Source: Oscillospiraceae bacterium (GTDB taxonomy: Bacteria > Bacillota > Clostridia > Oscillospirales > Ruminococcaceae). From it: a stretch of DNA of 64,000 nt. The first letter of the stretch is position 1; each line of letters begins with the position of its first letter. Location of the stretch: NCBI GenBank assembly GCA_017536405.1, contig JAFXHL010000026.1, positions 9,036 to 73,035 on the forward strand, in the 5' to 3' direction. The notes under the pieces were generated by a model that worked only from the letters and a program-made list of their open reading frames with translations, was not told the origin of the DNA and searched no databases. Positions 46,855-54,962 of this stretch are shown here, piece by piece. The translations under genes were made by a program, and so were the position numbers.

Positions 46855-47175
46855 TTAAAGCTGAATCTGCATCATTTCCTTGTATGCGTCAACCGCTGTA
46901 TTTTTGAGTGAAACGAATGTCTGTAAAGAAAGCGCCGCTTTCTGTGCGTTGATAGCTATCTGCGCGGGGTCGTCGATTTCGCCCGTCATAACCTTTATGC
47001 TGTCTTCTTCGGAAACTCTCTGTGCTTCTGCGGCAGCGTCATATGATTCACGGAAGATATCCAAAAATCCGCCGACATTTTCGTTATCGTTTCCGCCCTG
47101 TGCCTTTTCGGATGCACCTATCTGAGAAGGGGTGTTAAGCGGAGTGATTGTATTGTTGAGTGGAACTATGAACAT
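46855..47175 (-). CDS. fliE: Flagellar hook-basal body protein FliE
   Basis: 106 aa. C-terminal LSLQTFVSLKNTAVDAYKEMMQIQL. Confidence 0.9.
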   Translation of the reverse strand: MFIVPLNNTITPLNTPSQIGASEKAQGGNDNENVGGFLDIFRESYDAAAEAQRVSEEDSIKVMTGEIDDPAQIAINAQKAALSLQTFVSLKNTAVDAYKEMMQIQL

Positions 47176-47187
47176 AAACTATCTCCT

Positions 47188-47622
47188 TTAAGCTCTGAAG
47201 ATTTCAAGCCCTTTGCTTGCCATTGATTTAACCGCAGCGAGTGCTGTAACATTCGCGTTATAGGCGTTTGTTGCGGCAAGAAGGTCAATCTGTTCCTTGG
47301 TGTTGTCAACATTTGGTTTGTATATGTAGCCGTCTTCATCCGCATCGGGATGTGAGGGGTCATAAATCGGGGTCAGAGGAGATTCATCCTCAACAATCTT
47401 TGAAATCTTAACGCCCGAATATTTGGCTTTTGTTGTCTTTTCTCCGAGGATTTTCTTGAAATCCTTGTCTTCTTCAAAAACAACGAGCTGTCTTTTATAA
47501 GGGGTACCGTCTTCTGTCTTGTAGGTTTCCTGATTTGCGATATTCTGAGAGATTATATCCATTCTCGTTCTCTGCGCCGAAAGGGCAGAGCCTGCTATGT
47601 CAAGTGAACTTAAAAACGACAT
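47188..47622 (-). CDS. flgC: Flagellar basal-body rod protein FlgC
   Basis: 144 aa. LDIAGSALSAQRTRMDIISQNIANQET. Confidence 0.95.
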   Translation of the reverse strand: MSFLSSLDIAGSALSAQRTRMDIISQNIANQETYKTEDGTPYKRQLVVFEEDKDFKKILGEKTTKAKYSGVKISKIVEDESPLTPIYDPSHPDADEDGYIYKPNVDNTKEQIDLLAATNAYNANVTALAAVKSMASKGLEIFRA

Positions 47623-47643
47623 TTACTTTTCCTCCTTATCCTG

Positions 47644-48042
47644 TTACATTGTCTTGCTTAAAGCGGTTTTTATCATTTCAAATTCTTTGGTTATCTTGTC
47701 TGTCAGAACGCTGTACTGAATCTGTGTATCCGCGAGGGCAAGCGCTTCTTTTTCTATGTCAACATTGTTTCCGTCGAGTGTCTGGTTGGTGTCGGGCTCT
47801 GTCGTAACATCCATAGTGAGATTCATCTCGGGATGTGAATTGTCAATACGAACACCGTTCTTGTCATAATAGGGATGATAACTGCATTTGCATTTTTTAT
47901 CGAGAATAACCCTGAATTCAGCGGTTTTTGCCTTATAGCCGGGGGTGCTGTCGTTTGCGATATTCTGGCTTATGATTTTCTGCTTCTGCCAGGTAAGGTC
48001 AAGACCCTGCTCCAAAAAGCGGAAAGATGTGTTCTTGAACAT
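47644..48042 (-). CDS. flgB: Flagellar basal-body rod protein FlgB
   Basis: 132 aa. QKQKIISQNIANDSTPGYK. First gene of the fla cluster. Confidence 0.93.
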   Translation of the reverse strand: MFKNTSFRFLEQGLDLTWQKQKIISQNIANDSTPGYKAKTAEFRVILDKKCKCSYHPYYDKNGVRIDNSHPEMNLTMDVTTEPDTNQTLDGNNVDIEKEALALADTQIQYSVLTDKITKEFEMIKTALSKTM

Positions 48043-48154
48043 AGGGCATTACTCCTTTCGTGAAAATGTGCATAACGCGATATATCCGCCGATTTTAAGC
48101 AAATCTGCGGATGATTTTATCGTATTTCTGATGACAGTTTTTCATCGTAAATAT

Positions 48155-48183
48155 ATTATACATTATTATATAGTAAATATCAA
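48155..48183 (-). promoter_or_regulatory. Sigma-A type promoter for the flgB operon
   Basis: On the minus strand: TTGATA (48178..48183), 17 nt, TATAAT (48155..48160). Lies about 110 nt upstream of flgB and downstream of the ComFB terminator. Confidence 0.55.
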
Positions 48184-48332
48184 GCATTTTTTGCAATTTT
48201 GGTATACTTTTCAATTCGAATTTAGACATTTTATCCAATGAGAACAAAAATTGTAAATTTTTTGTAAACTTTTGCTTTCTGCAAGCGATTTCAGCAGAAA
48301 ATCTGTCATAATCCGATGAAAAACATTCCGTT

Positions 48333-48375
48333 ATAAAAAAGGACAAAGCCGTAAAAAATCATCTACGGCTTTGTC
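48333..48375 (-). terminator. Rho-independent terminator after the ComFB-like gene
   Basis: 12-bp stem GACAAAGCCGTA/TACGGCTTTGTC, followed on the minus strand by CCTTTTTT. Confidence 0.75.
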
Positions 48376-48387
48376 AGAAAGTAATCA

Positions 48388-48804
48388 TCATGAAATTTTT
48401 CTGTGGTCATTATGGTTTCTCAGAACAAGTTTAACAAGTGTGCTGATAACCGAAGGGCGAAGTTCCTCTTTAAGTGCCTTGATTTCGTCAAAATCCGTTT
48501 CATCTGAAATCCTTACATAGCGGGGAGGAATTTCGTTTAATGCAGAGACTGTGATTTCCGCTCTGCAAACGGCGCAGTCGCATCCGTTGAAACGCTTTAT
48601 CGTCTGCGGAAGCCATTCGCCGATAAGTTCTGAAATGATGTTGATTTCAACCGCTTCGGGCTTTTCTGTAACGGGTTCCATAGTCCTTACATAGATAACG
48701 CCCTGCTTGAAATCCTCATTCATAATGGGATTTGTGATGTCCCCCGTTTCGCTTCTTGTCAGAAGTCGGAACAGTGGAGCAGTCTTGTTTGTTTTTCTGT
48801 TCAT
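48388..48804 (-). CDS. ComFB-family protein (late competence development protein ComFB domain)
   Basis: 138 aa. FNGCDCAVCRAEITVSALNEIPPRYV matches the remembered ComFB CxCxxC..ALN..PP(R/K)Y signature. N-terminal extension of about 55 aa. Confidence 0.7.
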   Translation of the reverse strand: MNRKTNKTAPLFRLLTRSETGDITNPIMNEDFKQGVIYVRTMEPVTEKPEAVEINIISELIGEWLPQTIKRFNGCDCAVCRAEITVSALNEIPPRYVRISDETDFDEIKALKEELRPSVISTLVKLVLRNHNDHRKIS

Positions 48805-48838
48805 TTGCTACATCTCCCTGAAAAATTACGATGATTAG

Positions 48839-49597
48839 TTACTGCGAATAAAGTTCCCCTGCGAGTTTTATGTAATCCTTGCTTGCCTTTGATGAAGGCG
48901 CATAGCGGATTAAGGTCATCTGATGCGCAGGTGCTTCAGCGACCTGAATGTTGTGGGTGATTTTTGTGTCGAGAACTTTGCATGAAAGCTGTCTCGCAAC
49001 AATATCAGCCATATCCTCAACCTCTTTTGATAAGAGGTATCTTGCGTTGTATCTTGTGAAAAGTATTCCCCTTACATTAAGCGCCTTGTTGTAGTATTTC
49101 TTAACGGCAAGGATTGTGTCGGTGAGCTGTGAAATTCCCTGAAGACTTAAGATTTCAGGCGTCATCGGAACGATAAGGTCATCCGTTGCGACATATGCGT
49201 TTATCGTTAAGATACTGAGCGCGGGGGGAGTATCTAAAAGAATATAGTCATAACGGCTTTTAAGGGGTTCGAGTTTTTCTTTTAAGATAAACTCTCTTCC
49301 CGCTGAATTGAGTTCAAGTTCAGACCCCGAAAGGAGAATGTTTGAAGCGACGACATCGCAGTTTTCTGTTCTCTGGATAGCGTCGTCAAAACTGCATTTT
49401 CCTGTTATGACATCATGTATTGTAAGTCCTTCCATCGAAGCGCCGAGGCTGAAAGAAAGGTTGCCCTGAGGGTCTAAATCGATAGCAAGAACTTTTTTGT
49501 TTCTTGAAGAAAATACGCCACAGAGTGCGCAGACGGTTGTTGTTTTCCCAACTCCGCCCTTCTGGTTTGTAAGAGTTATGATTTTTGCCTTCGGCAT
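48839..49597 (-). CDS. Orphan ParA/Soj-type P-loop ATPase (no ParB partner in the window)
   Basis: 252 aa. Deviant Walker A TNQKGGVGKTTT, LAIDLDPQGN, ILLDTPPA. Confidence 0.9.
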   Translation of the reverse strand: MPKAKIITLTNQKGGVGKTTTVCALCGVFSSRNKKVLAIDLDPQGNLSFSLGASMEGLTIHDVITGKCSFDDAIQRTENCDVVASNILLSGSELELNSAGREFILKEKLEPLKSRYDYILLDTPPALSILTINAYVATDDLIVPMTPEILSLQGISQLTDTILAVKKYYNKALNVRGILFTRYNARYLLSKEVEDMADIVARQLSCKVLDTKITHNIQVAEAPAHQMTLIRYAPSSKASKDYIKLAGELYSQ

Positions 49598-49616
49598 TTT
49601 TTTCTCTCCTTAAAGG

Positions 49617-50279
49617 TTAAAATCTGCCTTTTTCTTTTTCTCTTTCGGCAAGCTGACATTCAAAGATGAATTTTGAGATAATCTGTTCGTCCTGCTGACT
49701 TATTCCATCAAAGCAACAGCCGTATCCCATGACATTTCCTGCTTCGTCACGCTGGATACGAAGTATCTTCGCGTCGACAACAAAGTCATCTTTTATGAAG
49801 TTTATTGTAACAATATCGCCGTGTGCGAAAGAGTAGTTTCCGTTAAAGAATATTCCGCCTATGTTGATATTCTTGATTATCGCCTCTAACGGAGGAGGCC
49901 CGAAATCATAGATATCTTCGTTTCTTTTATATGATGAAATCTTCGCAGGAACATCTATATAAACCTTGAAGGAATTTCTTCTTTCCTCCATTACTATGTA
50001 GTCATTTCCTATGTGGAAATTCATCTGCTGGTCAGAGGCAATGTCAATGCCTGTCCTGATTTTAACTCTCGTTCCGTTGCGGTAATAGAATATCGCGTCT
50101 ATAAGTTCTCCTTTAGGGAGTTCGGGAAGATTTTTTCCCTTTATTACTATGAATTCCTTACCTGCAATCCCGAAAAAATCCCTCGCGAATTCAAAGCTCT
50201 GGGTTGAATGAAGCACAGCTCCGTCAAGGTCACGCACTTCTAATTTTATGATGTTTTCCTTCTTAATCAGAAAGCGCAC
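49617..50279 (-). CDS. PilZ-domain protein (YcgR/MotI-like size and layout), with non-canonical motifs
   Basis: 220 aa. EERRNSFKV occupies the RxxxR position and NINIGG the (D/N)xSxxG position. The N-terminal half is beta-rich like PilZN. First gene of a three-gene operon. Confidence 0.6.
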   Translation of the reverse strand: MRFLIKKENIIKLEVRDLDGAVLHSTQSFEFARDFFGIAGKEFIVIKGKNLPELPKGELIDAIFYYRNGTRVKIRTGIDIASDQQMNFHIGNDYIVMEERRNSFKVYIDVPAKISSYKRNEDIYDFGPPPLEAIIKNINIGGIFFNGNYSFAHGDIVTINFIKDDFVVDAKILRIQRDEAGNVMGYGCCFDGISQQDEQIISKFIFECQLAEREKEKGRF

Positions 50280-50456
50280 CCCCTTTAAAACAGAGTTAGT
50301 CTATAATAATCATCCATCATTATACTACATTTAGTAAATTATTGCAAGTTTTTTTCACTTTGTAATTAAAACTTTGTGAATTTCTACACTTTTCACAAAT
50401 CAGAGACAAAAAATTAATAGTTTTCAACAATATGCCTATACAAAAGTAGAAAAATA

Positions 50457-51242
50457 ATGTATAATGTGTATGTCAGAAATTTTAAAAAGAGGGGAGTTGT
50501 AAGGGCTTTGAGGCGGTTTTCTGCGTATACGAAAAAGATAGCGAGAAGATACAATTTAAGGATATTCTTGGTGAACATCCTGCCCTTATGTCTTGTCCTT
50601 ACTCTTATCCTTATATCATATTTCTCAGAAGGCTCTGTTATGCCACCAAAGTATTACAGTTTCTTCTTCACAATACTTACAGTATGCTTAGGCTTTTCGC
50701 TGATAACAGTAACCATAGGGTCATATATCGCGACGACAAAGATAAACGGTCACAAAAAGCATACATTTATAGAAATAAAGGGAAAATTCCTCGTTATAAG
50801 CGAATTCAGGGAAACATCATTCCTCTCTCCCCACGAAGATGACTACAAGGATTTATTTGTAATAAAGCTCGATGAAATCGAGGACATCTATCTTTTCGGG
50901 AAAAAGGTAATAATAATCGCGCCGACAAGGTTTATAACACAAAGGGCGGATTTTCTCGATTATTCGGTAGAAAACGGCGATTTTATATTAGGCGGAAGCT
51001 GGGATTTATCCTGCGCGGGCGAGATGCGTGAGGGTATTGAAATCCCCGATTTTTTCAGAAGACCTATGGGTATTGCAAAGGCTATTGAAGCCTCGAGAGA
51101 GAGAATTCTCGAAAAACAGAGAAAGAGAGATGCTTTCAGGGAGCATCTGCTTTCTGTTGCAAATTCCGACCAGTTCAGAAAGGCGAGAAAGTTCATAAAA
51201 CGCGGTTCCGTCGGCGGAGCATACCGCAGTTTTAAAGGTTAG
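50457..51242 (+). CDS. Hypothetical membrane protein (2 TM plus a cytoplasmic domain)
   Basis: 261-aa ORF. TM segments LVNILPLCLVLTLILISYF and FFFTILTVCLGFSLITVTIGSYI. The start is uncertain: ATG 50457 has a weak RBS, and TTG 50508 lies 11 nt after GAGGGGAG. Confidence 0.6.
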   Translation: MYNVYVRNFKKRGVVRALRRFSAYTKKIARRYNLRIFLVNILPLCLVLTLILISYFSEGSVMPPKYYSFFFTILTVCLGFSLITVTIGSYIATTKINGHKKHTFIEIKGKFLVISEFRETSFLSPHEDDYKDLFVIKLDEIEDIYLFGKKVIIIAPTRFITQRADFLDYSVENGDFILGGSWDLSCAGEMREGIEIPDFFRRPMGIAKAIEASRERILEKQRKRDAFREHLLSVANSDQFRKARKFIKRGSVGGAYRSFKG

Positions 51243-51247
51243 CACAA

Positions 51248-51312
51248 AGCCCGCCCGGGCTATCGTTTCCGACTTTTTTTCGTAATAAAAAAGCGACTCG
51301 GTGACGAAGAAA
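51248..51312. repeat. Module C-like unit
   Basis: AAGCCCGCCCGGGCTATCGTTTCCGACTTTTTTTCGTAATAAAAAAGCGACTCGGTGACG parallels GGAGCCCCCGCAGGCAATATCGTTTCGCAG..AATAAAAAATGGCTCGGTAACG. Confidence 0.5.
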
Positions 51313-51367
51313 GTATGGTCGGCAAAAGGTTATGAAATAACCTTGCCGAAACAGATAATCACACAAA

Positions 51368-51399
51368 AATATCCCCCTCTTGCGAGGGGGAGTTTTTTT
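51368..51399. terminator. Bidirectional terminator between convergent genes
   Basis: Stem CCCCCTC/GAGGGGG, loop TTGC, with T-runs on both strands. Confidence 0.7.
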
Positions 51400-51664
51400 A
51401 CAGTTTAGGGCTGATTTTCGTATACGCTACTATTGAAATAATAATAAATATAACATGCGCTATATTGACATCAAGTTCGACGCCTGCTGTAAGGCGGAAA
51501 ACATAAAGGTCTAAAGTAGAGCTCGGTATTCCGAAATTAATTCCGTAAGAAAGCCACGAAAGGAAGAAGATATCCTTTGTGAAGAAAGCAACGGCAGAGC
51601 CTACTAAAATCCCTGCTAAAAGAAAGAAGAGAAAGGCTAAGGTCTTTTTTGTATCTTTCGACAT
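51398..51664 (-). CDS. DUF4321-like small membrane protein
   Basis: 88 aa. LAFLFFLLAGILVGSAV..SWLSYGINFGI matches my memory of DUF4321. Confidence 0.65.
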   Translation of the reverse strand: MSKDTKKTLAFLFFLLAGILVGSAVAFFTKDIFFLSWLSYGINFGIPSSTLDLYVFRLTAGVELDVNIAHVIFIIISIVAYTKISPKL

Positions 51665-51676
51665 TTCTTCATCTCC

Positions 51677-52918
51677 TTATAATTTTTCAATGCTTGTGAT
51701 ACAGAGGATTACCTGTAAAACAATATAGATGATAACTGCGTGTGATGTGAATGCAAGAGGAAATCCTCTCTTCTTTTCTGCCTTTGTGTTTTTGGGGAGT
51801 CTTATGTTCTTTGTTGCAAGACCAATAAAAAGCATCAAAAGTCCGACGCAGATGAAGAAAGCAAGCCATATAACGAAAATTCCGTCTGAAAGGTCTTCGT
51901 TATGAAGACCTATGAGATTTATCGCGGTAACTCCTGCATTAGCGAGGAAATGCGCAAATATCGCAGGGAGAATAGAGTTTGATTTTACAGTCATATAAGC
52001 GAGTGCCATTCCGAAAGGAACTGTGAATATTAACTGATAGAAATTCCCGTGCATAAGGCCGAAGAAAAGTCCCGATAAAACTATGCCTGTATATACATTA
52101 TATTTTGAGAAGTTTTTGAGAACAAATCCTCTGAAAACAATTTCTTCGATTATGGGTGCTATTATTACTGCATAAACGCAATCGACAATCATATAAATCA
52201 TCGATGGGGGATTATCATCGGGGGCAACAAGCATAAGCCCGAAAAGTTCTTCAAAAGCGGTTTCTGTTAAAGAAGCAACTATAATCGCCAAGAGGTTCAT
52301 TCCGATTGCAATAACCGTTCCCATTAAAAGAAACGACGCCGAAAAGCCTTTTGTGTTGAACAGAGGGCGTAACTTTATCCCTGTGAGTTTATTTCCTAAA
52401 AGAACTATGAAAAGGTCTGAAATAATATAGATAAGAATGATGAACGACATCTCTATCGACTTATCTATACCATACGGAAGTCCACCTGAAATTTCTGTTA
52501 TGAGAAGATACACAACGCTGAACATCGTAACAAGAATAAAGGGAAGAATGCTGTTTATAATAAGCATCCAGCCTGTTATGTTATAGGTTTTTTTGATGAA
52601 CTTCTTTTCTTCTTTTCGTGGAGCAACGGGAATTCCGTTAGGCTGGATTTCCGTCATAACGGGGGCAGGAGCGGGAGTTCCTGCGTTATACCCATAGCCA
52701 TACTGAACAGGTGTCGGCTGAACTCTTTCGGGCTGTGGGGGAGGTGTTACGGGTGCAACGGGCGGAGGAGTCACAGGTGTTTCCTCAACCTGCTTTTCAG
52801 GTTCTGCCTTTTTTTCACCGTATGTATAACTATATGGGTTATACTTTTCCTCGGGCGGTGTCTGTGGTTTCTGTTCCCCGCCACCACTGTAATCATAAGG
52901 TGTGAAATGTTCTTCCAT
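51677..52918 (-). CDS. CPBP (CAAX) family intramembrane glutamic protease with a Pro-rich N-terminal tail
   Basis: 413 aa. IAPIIEEIVFRGF, FFGLMHGN and IFAHFLANA are the three CPBP motifs. Start codon overlaps the upstream stop (TAATG). Confidence 0.85.
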   Translation of the reverse strand: MEEHFTPYDYSGGGEQKPQTPPEEKYNPYSYTYGEKKAEPEKQVEETPVTPPPVAPVTPPPQPERVQPTPVQYGYGYNAGTPAPAPVMTEIQPNGIPVAPRKEEKKFIKKTYNITGWMLIINSILPFILVTMFSVVYLLITEISGGLPYGIDKSIEMSFIILIYIISDLFIVLLGNKLTGIKLRPLFNTKGFSASFLLMGTVIAIGMNLLAIIVASLTETAFEELFGLMLVAPDDNPPSMIYMIVDCVYAVIIAPIIEEIVFRGFVLKNFSKYNVYTGIVLSGLFFGLMHGNFYQLIFTVPFGMALAYMTVKSNSILPAIFAHFLANAGVTAINLIGLHNEDLSDGIFVIWLAFFICVGLLMLFIGLATKNIRLPKNTKAEKKRGFPLAFTSHAVIIYIVLQVILCITSIEKL

Positions 52919-54294
52919 TATCTTCTTCTGTCCTCTTTTCTTTCAAGTTCTTCCAATGTCGGAAAACGGTATTTCTGAGGTTCTGCTTTTTCGGGCTCCC
53001 TCTTTTTAACGGGAGGGGGAGGTGCCTGCATAGGATCTGATCTTATAACCTTGACGGCAGGTCTTGATTTTACCTCTGCGCACATTCTTTCGGAGTATTC
53101 GAGGAAAGCCTCAAGGTCTTCTATTGTCGCTGCTTCGGTCTTTACATTCTCTCTCATATTTTCGAGATACTGCGACCATTCCTTGAATTCATTTTCCTTG
53201 AATTCTTCGCCTACTTTGTTTGAAAGCGCGGTATATAGAATCTGACAGCGTGTTTCGATATCGTTTGTAATGGGTTTTTCTTCAATGGGTTTGCTCTCGT
53301 CATACATTTCACGGCAGGTTTTTCCCGATGAGCTTACTCTGTTACAGAGTCTGCCCTTATAGTTCATATCATAGAAGAAATACTTTCCGCATTTTGCGCA
53401 TTTCTGCAGAATTATTCCGCTTTCGAGCATCTTGTCGAATTCAAGGTCAATAATAGCCTTGAAACTATCGGGGAGGAAATATTCACCGTCTAAATTTGCG
53501 AAGGTTTCTTCCGCCGCTTCAAGTTCCATTCCGTCAGGTCTTGACATTCCTCTGAGGAATGTGAATGCGTCAAGACTTATCTGGTCTCTTATCGCATCAC
53601 GGCTTACGGGCGGATTGTAAACGGGGTCTTTTATTTCGTCTATAATGGGATTTATCTTTTTAAGGATGAGTTTTGAAACCTTGCTTACCATAAATGCGGA
53701 ATTAGGCATCAGGGATGAATTATATCTTTTAACGGCGGGAAGCTCTGACGAGGGGAAACCGAGTTCTTTCGCCATAACAGAGAAAGAGAGGTCGAAATAT
53801 CCCTTTCTTGTAACATACATATTTCTTGAAACAATATCGCCCTCAAAGATATAATCGAGCTTTGCCCTTGCATATTCCTGAATACGCATAATGTTCGCCC
53901 ACTGGTTTATGGCTCTTCCTGTCTTATATTCTGAAATTCTTACAAAAATCGCTTTTTCATAGGCGTTTTTAGGCGAGATGCATCTTGCCCATAACTCTTC
54001 AAGCCCTATGTTTTCGCTGTGACAGATATATTCGATAAGACAGTCAAGAACGATATGTTCAAAGTCTGAATTTATCTGTGCTTCATAATAGGGGTGACAT
54101 TTTGTTATGAGATTTTTTACAACCCTGAACTGCTTAGGGGAATATCCGCCGAGTTTACGGCAGGATTTTCCGAGGTCGATGCATTGTTCCCAGAAATAAG
54201 TGAAGTCGTATTCAACGAAATGGAGAAGTGTTCTTGCAAGTTCAAGTTTATAGAAATTGTTGTTCGATTTTGTGACGAAAACAATGCTGTCCAT
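52918..54294 (-). CDS. Hypothetical 458-aa protein with an internal Cys4 zinc ribbon and a basic/Pro-rich tail
   Basis: ORF with GGAGGAG RBS. CAKCGKYFFYDMNYKGRLCNRVSSSGKTC. No family recognised. Confidence 0.7.
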   Translation of the reverse strand: MDSIVFVTKSNNNFYKLELARTLLHFVEYDFTYFWEQCIDLGKSCRKLGGYSPKQFRVVKNLITKCHPYYEAQINSDFEHIVLDCLIEYICHSENIGLEELWARCISPKNAYEKAIFVRISEYKTGRAINQWANIMRIQEYARAKLDYIFEGDIVSRNMYVTRKGYFDLSFSVMAKELGFPSSELPAVKRYNSSLMPNSAFMVSKVSKLILKKINPIIDEIKDPVYNPPVSRDAIRDQISLDAFTFLRGMSRPDGMELEAAEETFANLDGEYFLPDSFKAIIDLEFDKMLESGIILQKCAKCGKYFFYDMNYKGRLCNRVSSSGKTCREMYDESKPIEEKPITNDIETRCQILYTALSNKVGEEFKENEFKEWSQYLENMRENVKTEAATIEDLEAFLEYSERMCAEVKSRPAVKVIRSDPMQAPPPPVKKREPEKAEPQKYRFPTLEELERKEDRRR

Positions 54295-54309
54295 AAAAAC
54301 TCCTCCTTT

Positions 54310-54945
54310 TTATTTTATCTTTTCTGCCGATTCTTCGGCGATGATATTTCTCATTTCTTCTTCCATACATGAATGGAACATCGCAAAGAGAATATCCGTA
54401 AATCCCAAAAGGAACATATTCTTGTTTGTTATCGATGAAAGTTCGGGGATATGGGTATAGATAAAGGTCTTATACCAGTCCGACGAATATGCGGGAACAG
54501 GCTTGTTCTTTTTTACAAGCGTTTTTATATCGGCATAGGTTTCTGTTATAACATTATCGACATTGACAGCGCCTTTTCTCATAACAGAGTCATAAACCGC
54601 AAGAAGTTGTTCATCGGATATTGTCTTGTCGCCGACTTTGAACTGCTTTAAAACGGGAAGTCTTACAGCGAAACTGTAAATCATAAGAGGGAGAACCTGC
54701 TTATATGTTTCTGAACTCATTTCACGGCAGGTTTCGGAATTTATGCGAAGCCCTAATGTTTCAAGACAATCGGGGTCGGTAACATTATTGAGAACAACTT
54801 TCAAAGCGTCCTTTATGCCGACATTGTAGAAATCTTCTTCCGCTATTGAATAGATATACTTAACGGCATTATAGAGTGCCGTTGCGCTTTCAACGACAAT
54901 ATCCGAAAGCTTTGTTATAACTGTTCTTTCGCTTGTAAATTCCAT
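54310..54945 (-). CDS. Hypothetical 211-aa protein
   Basis: The ATG at 54945 is preceded by AAGGAGG. The track start at 55098 lies inside the upstream flippase gene. No family recognised. Confidence 0.65.
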   Translation of the reverse strand: MEFTSERTVITKLSDIVVESATALYNAVKYIYSIAEEDFYNVGIKDALKVVLNNVTDPDCLETLGLRINSETCREMSSETYKQVLPLMIYSFAVRLPVLKQFKVGDKTISDEQLLAVYDSVMRKGAVNVDNVITETYADIKTLVKKNKPVPAYSSDWYKTFIYTHIPELSSITNKNMFLLGFTDILFAMFHSCMEEEMRNIIAEESAEKIK

Positions 54946-54962
54946 TATCTGAAAGCCTCCTT

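Noticed and set aside
48839-49597. Calling the ParA-like gene flhG (ylxH)
   Set aside because: The Walker A box NQKGGVGKTTT and the DLDPQGN motif are Soj/ParA-type, not the MinD/FlhG-type SGKGGVGKS. The gene is also not between flhA and fliA. The functional analogy is kept as a hypothesis only.
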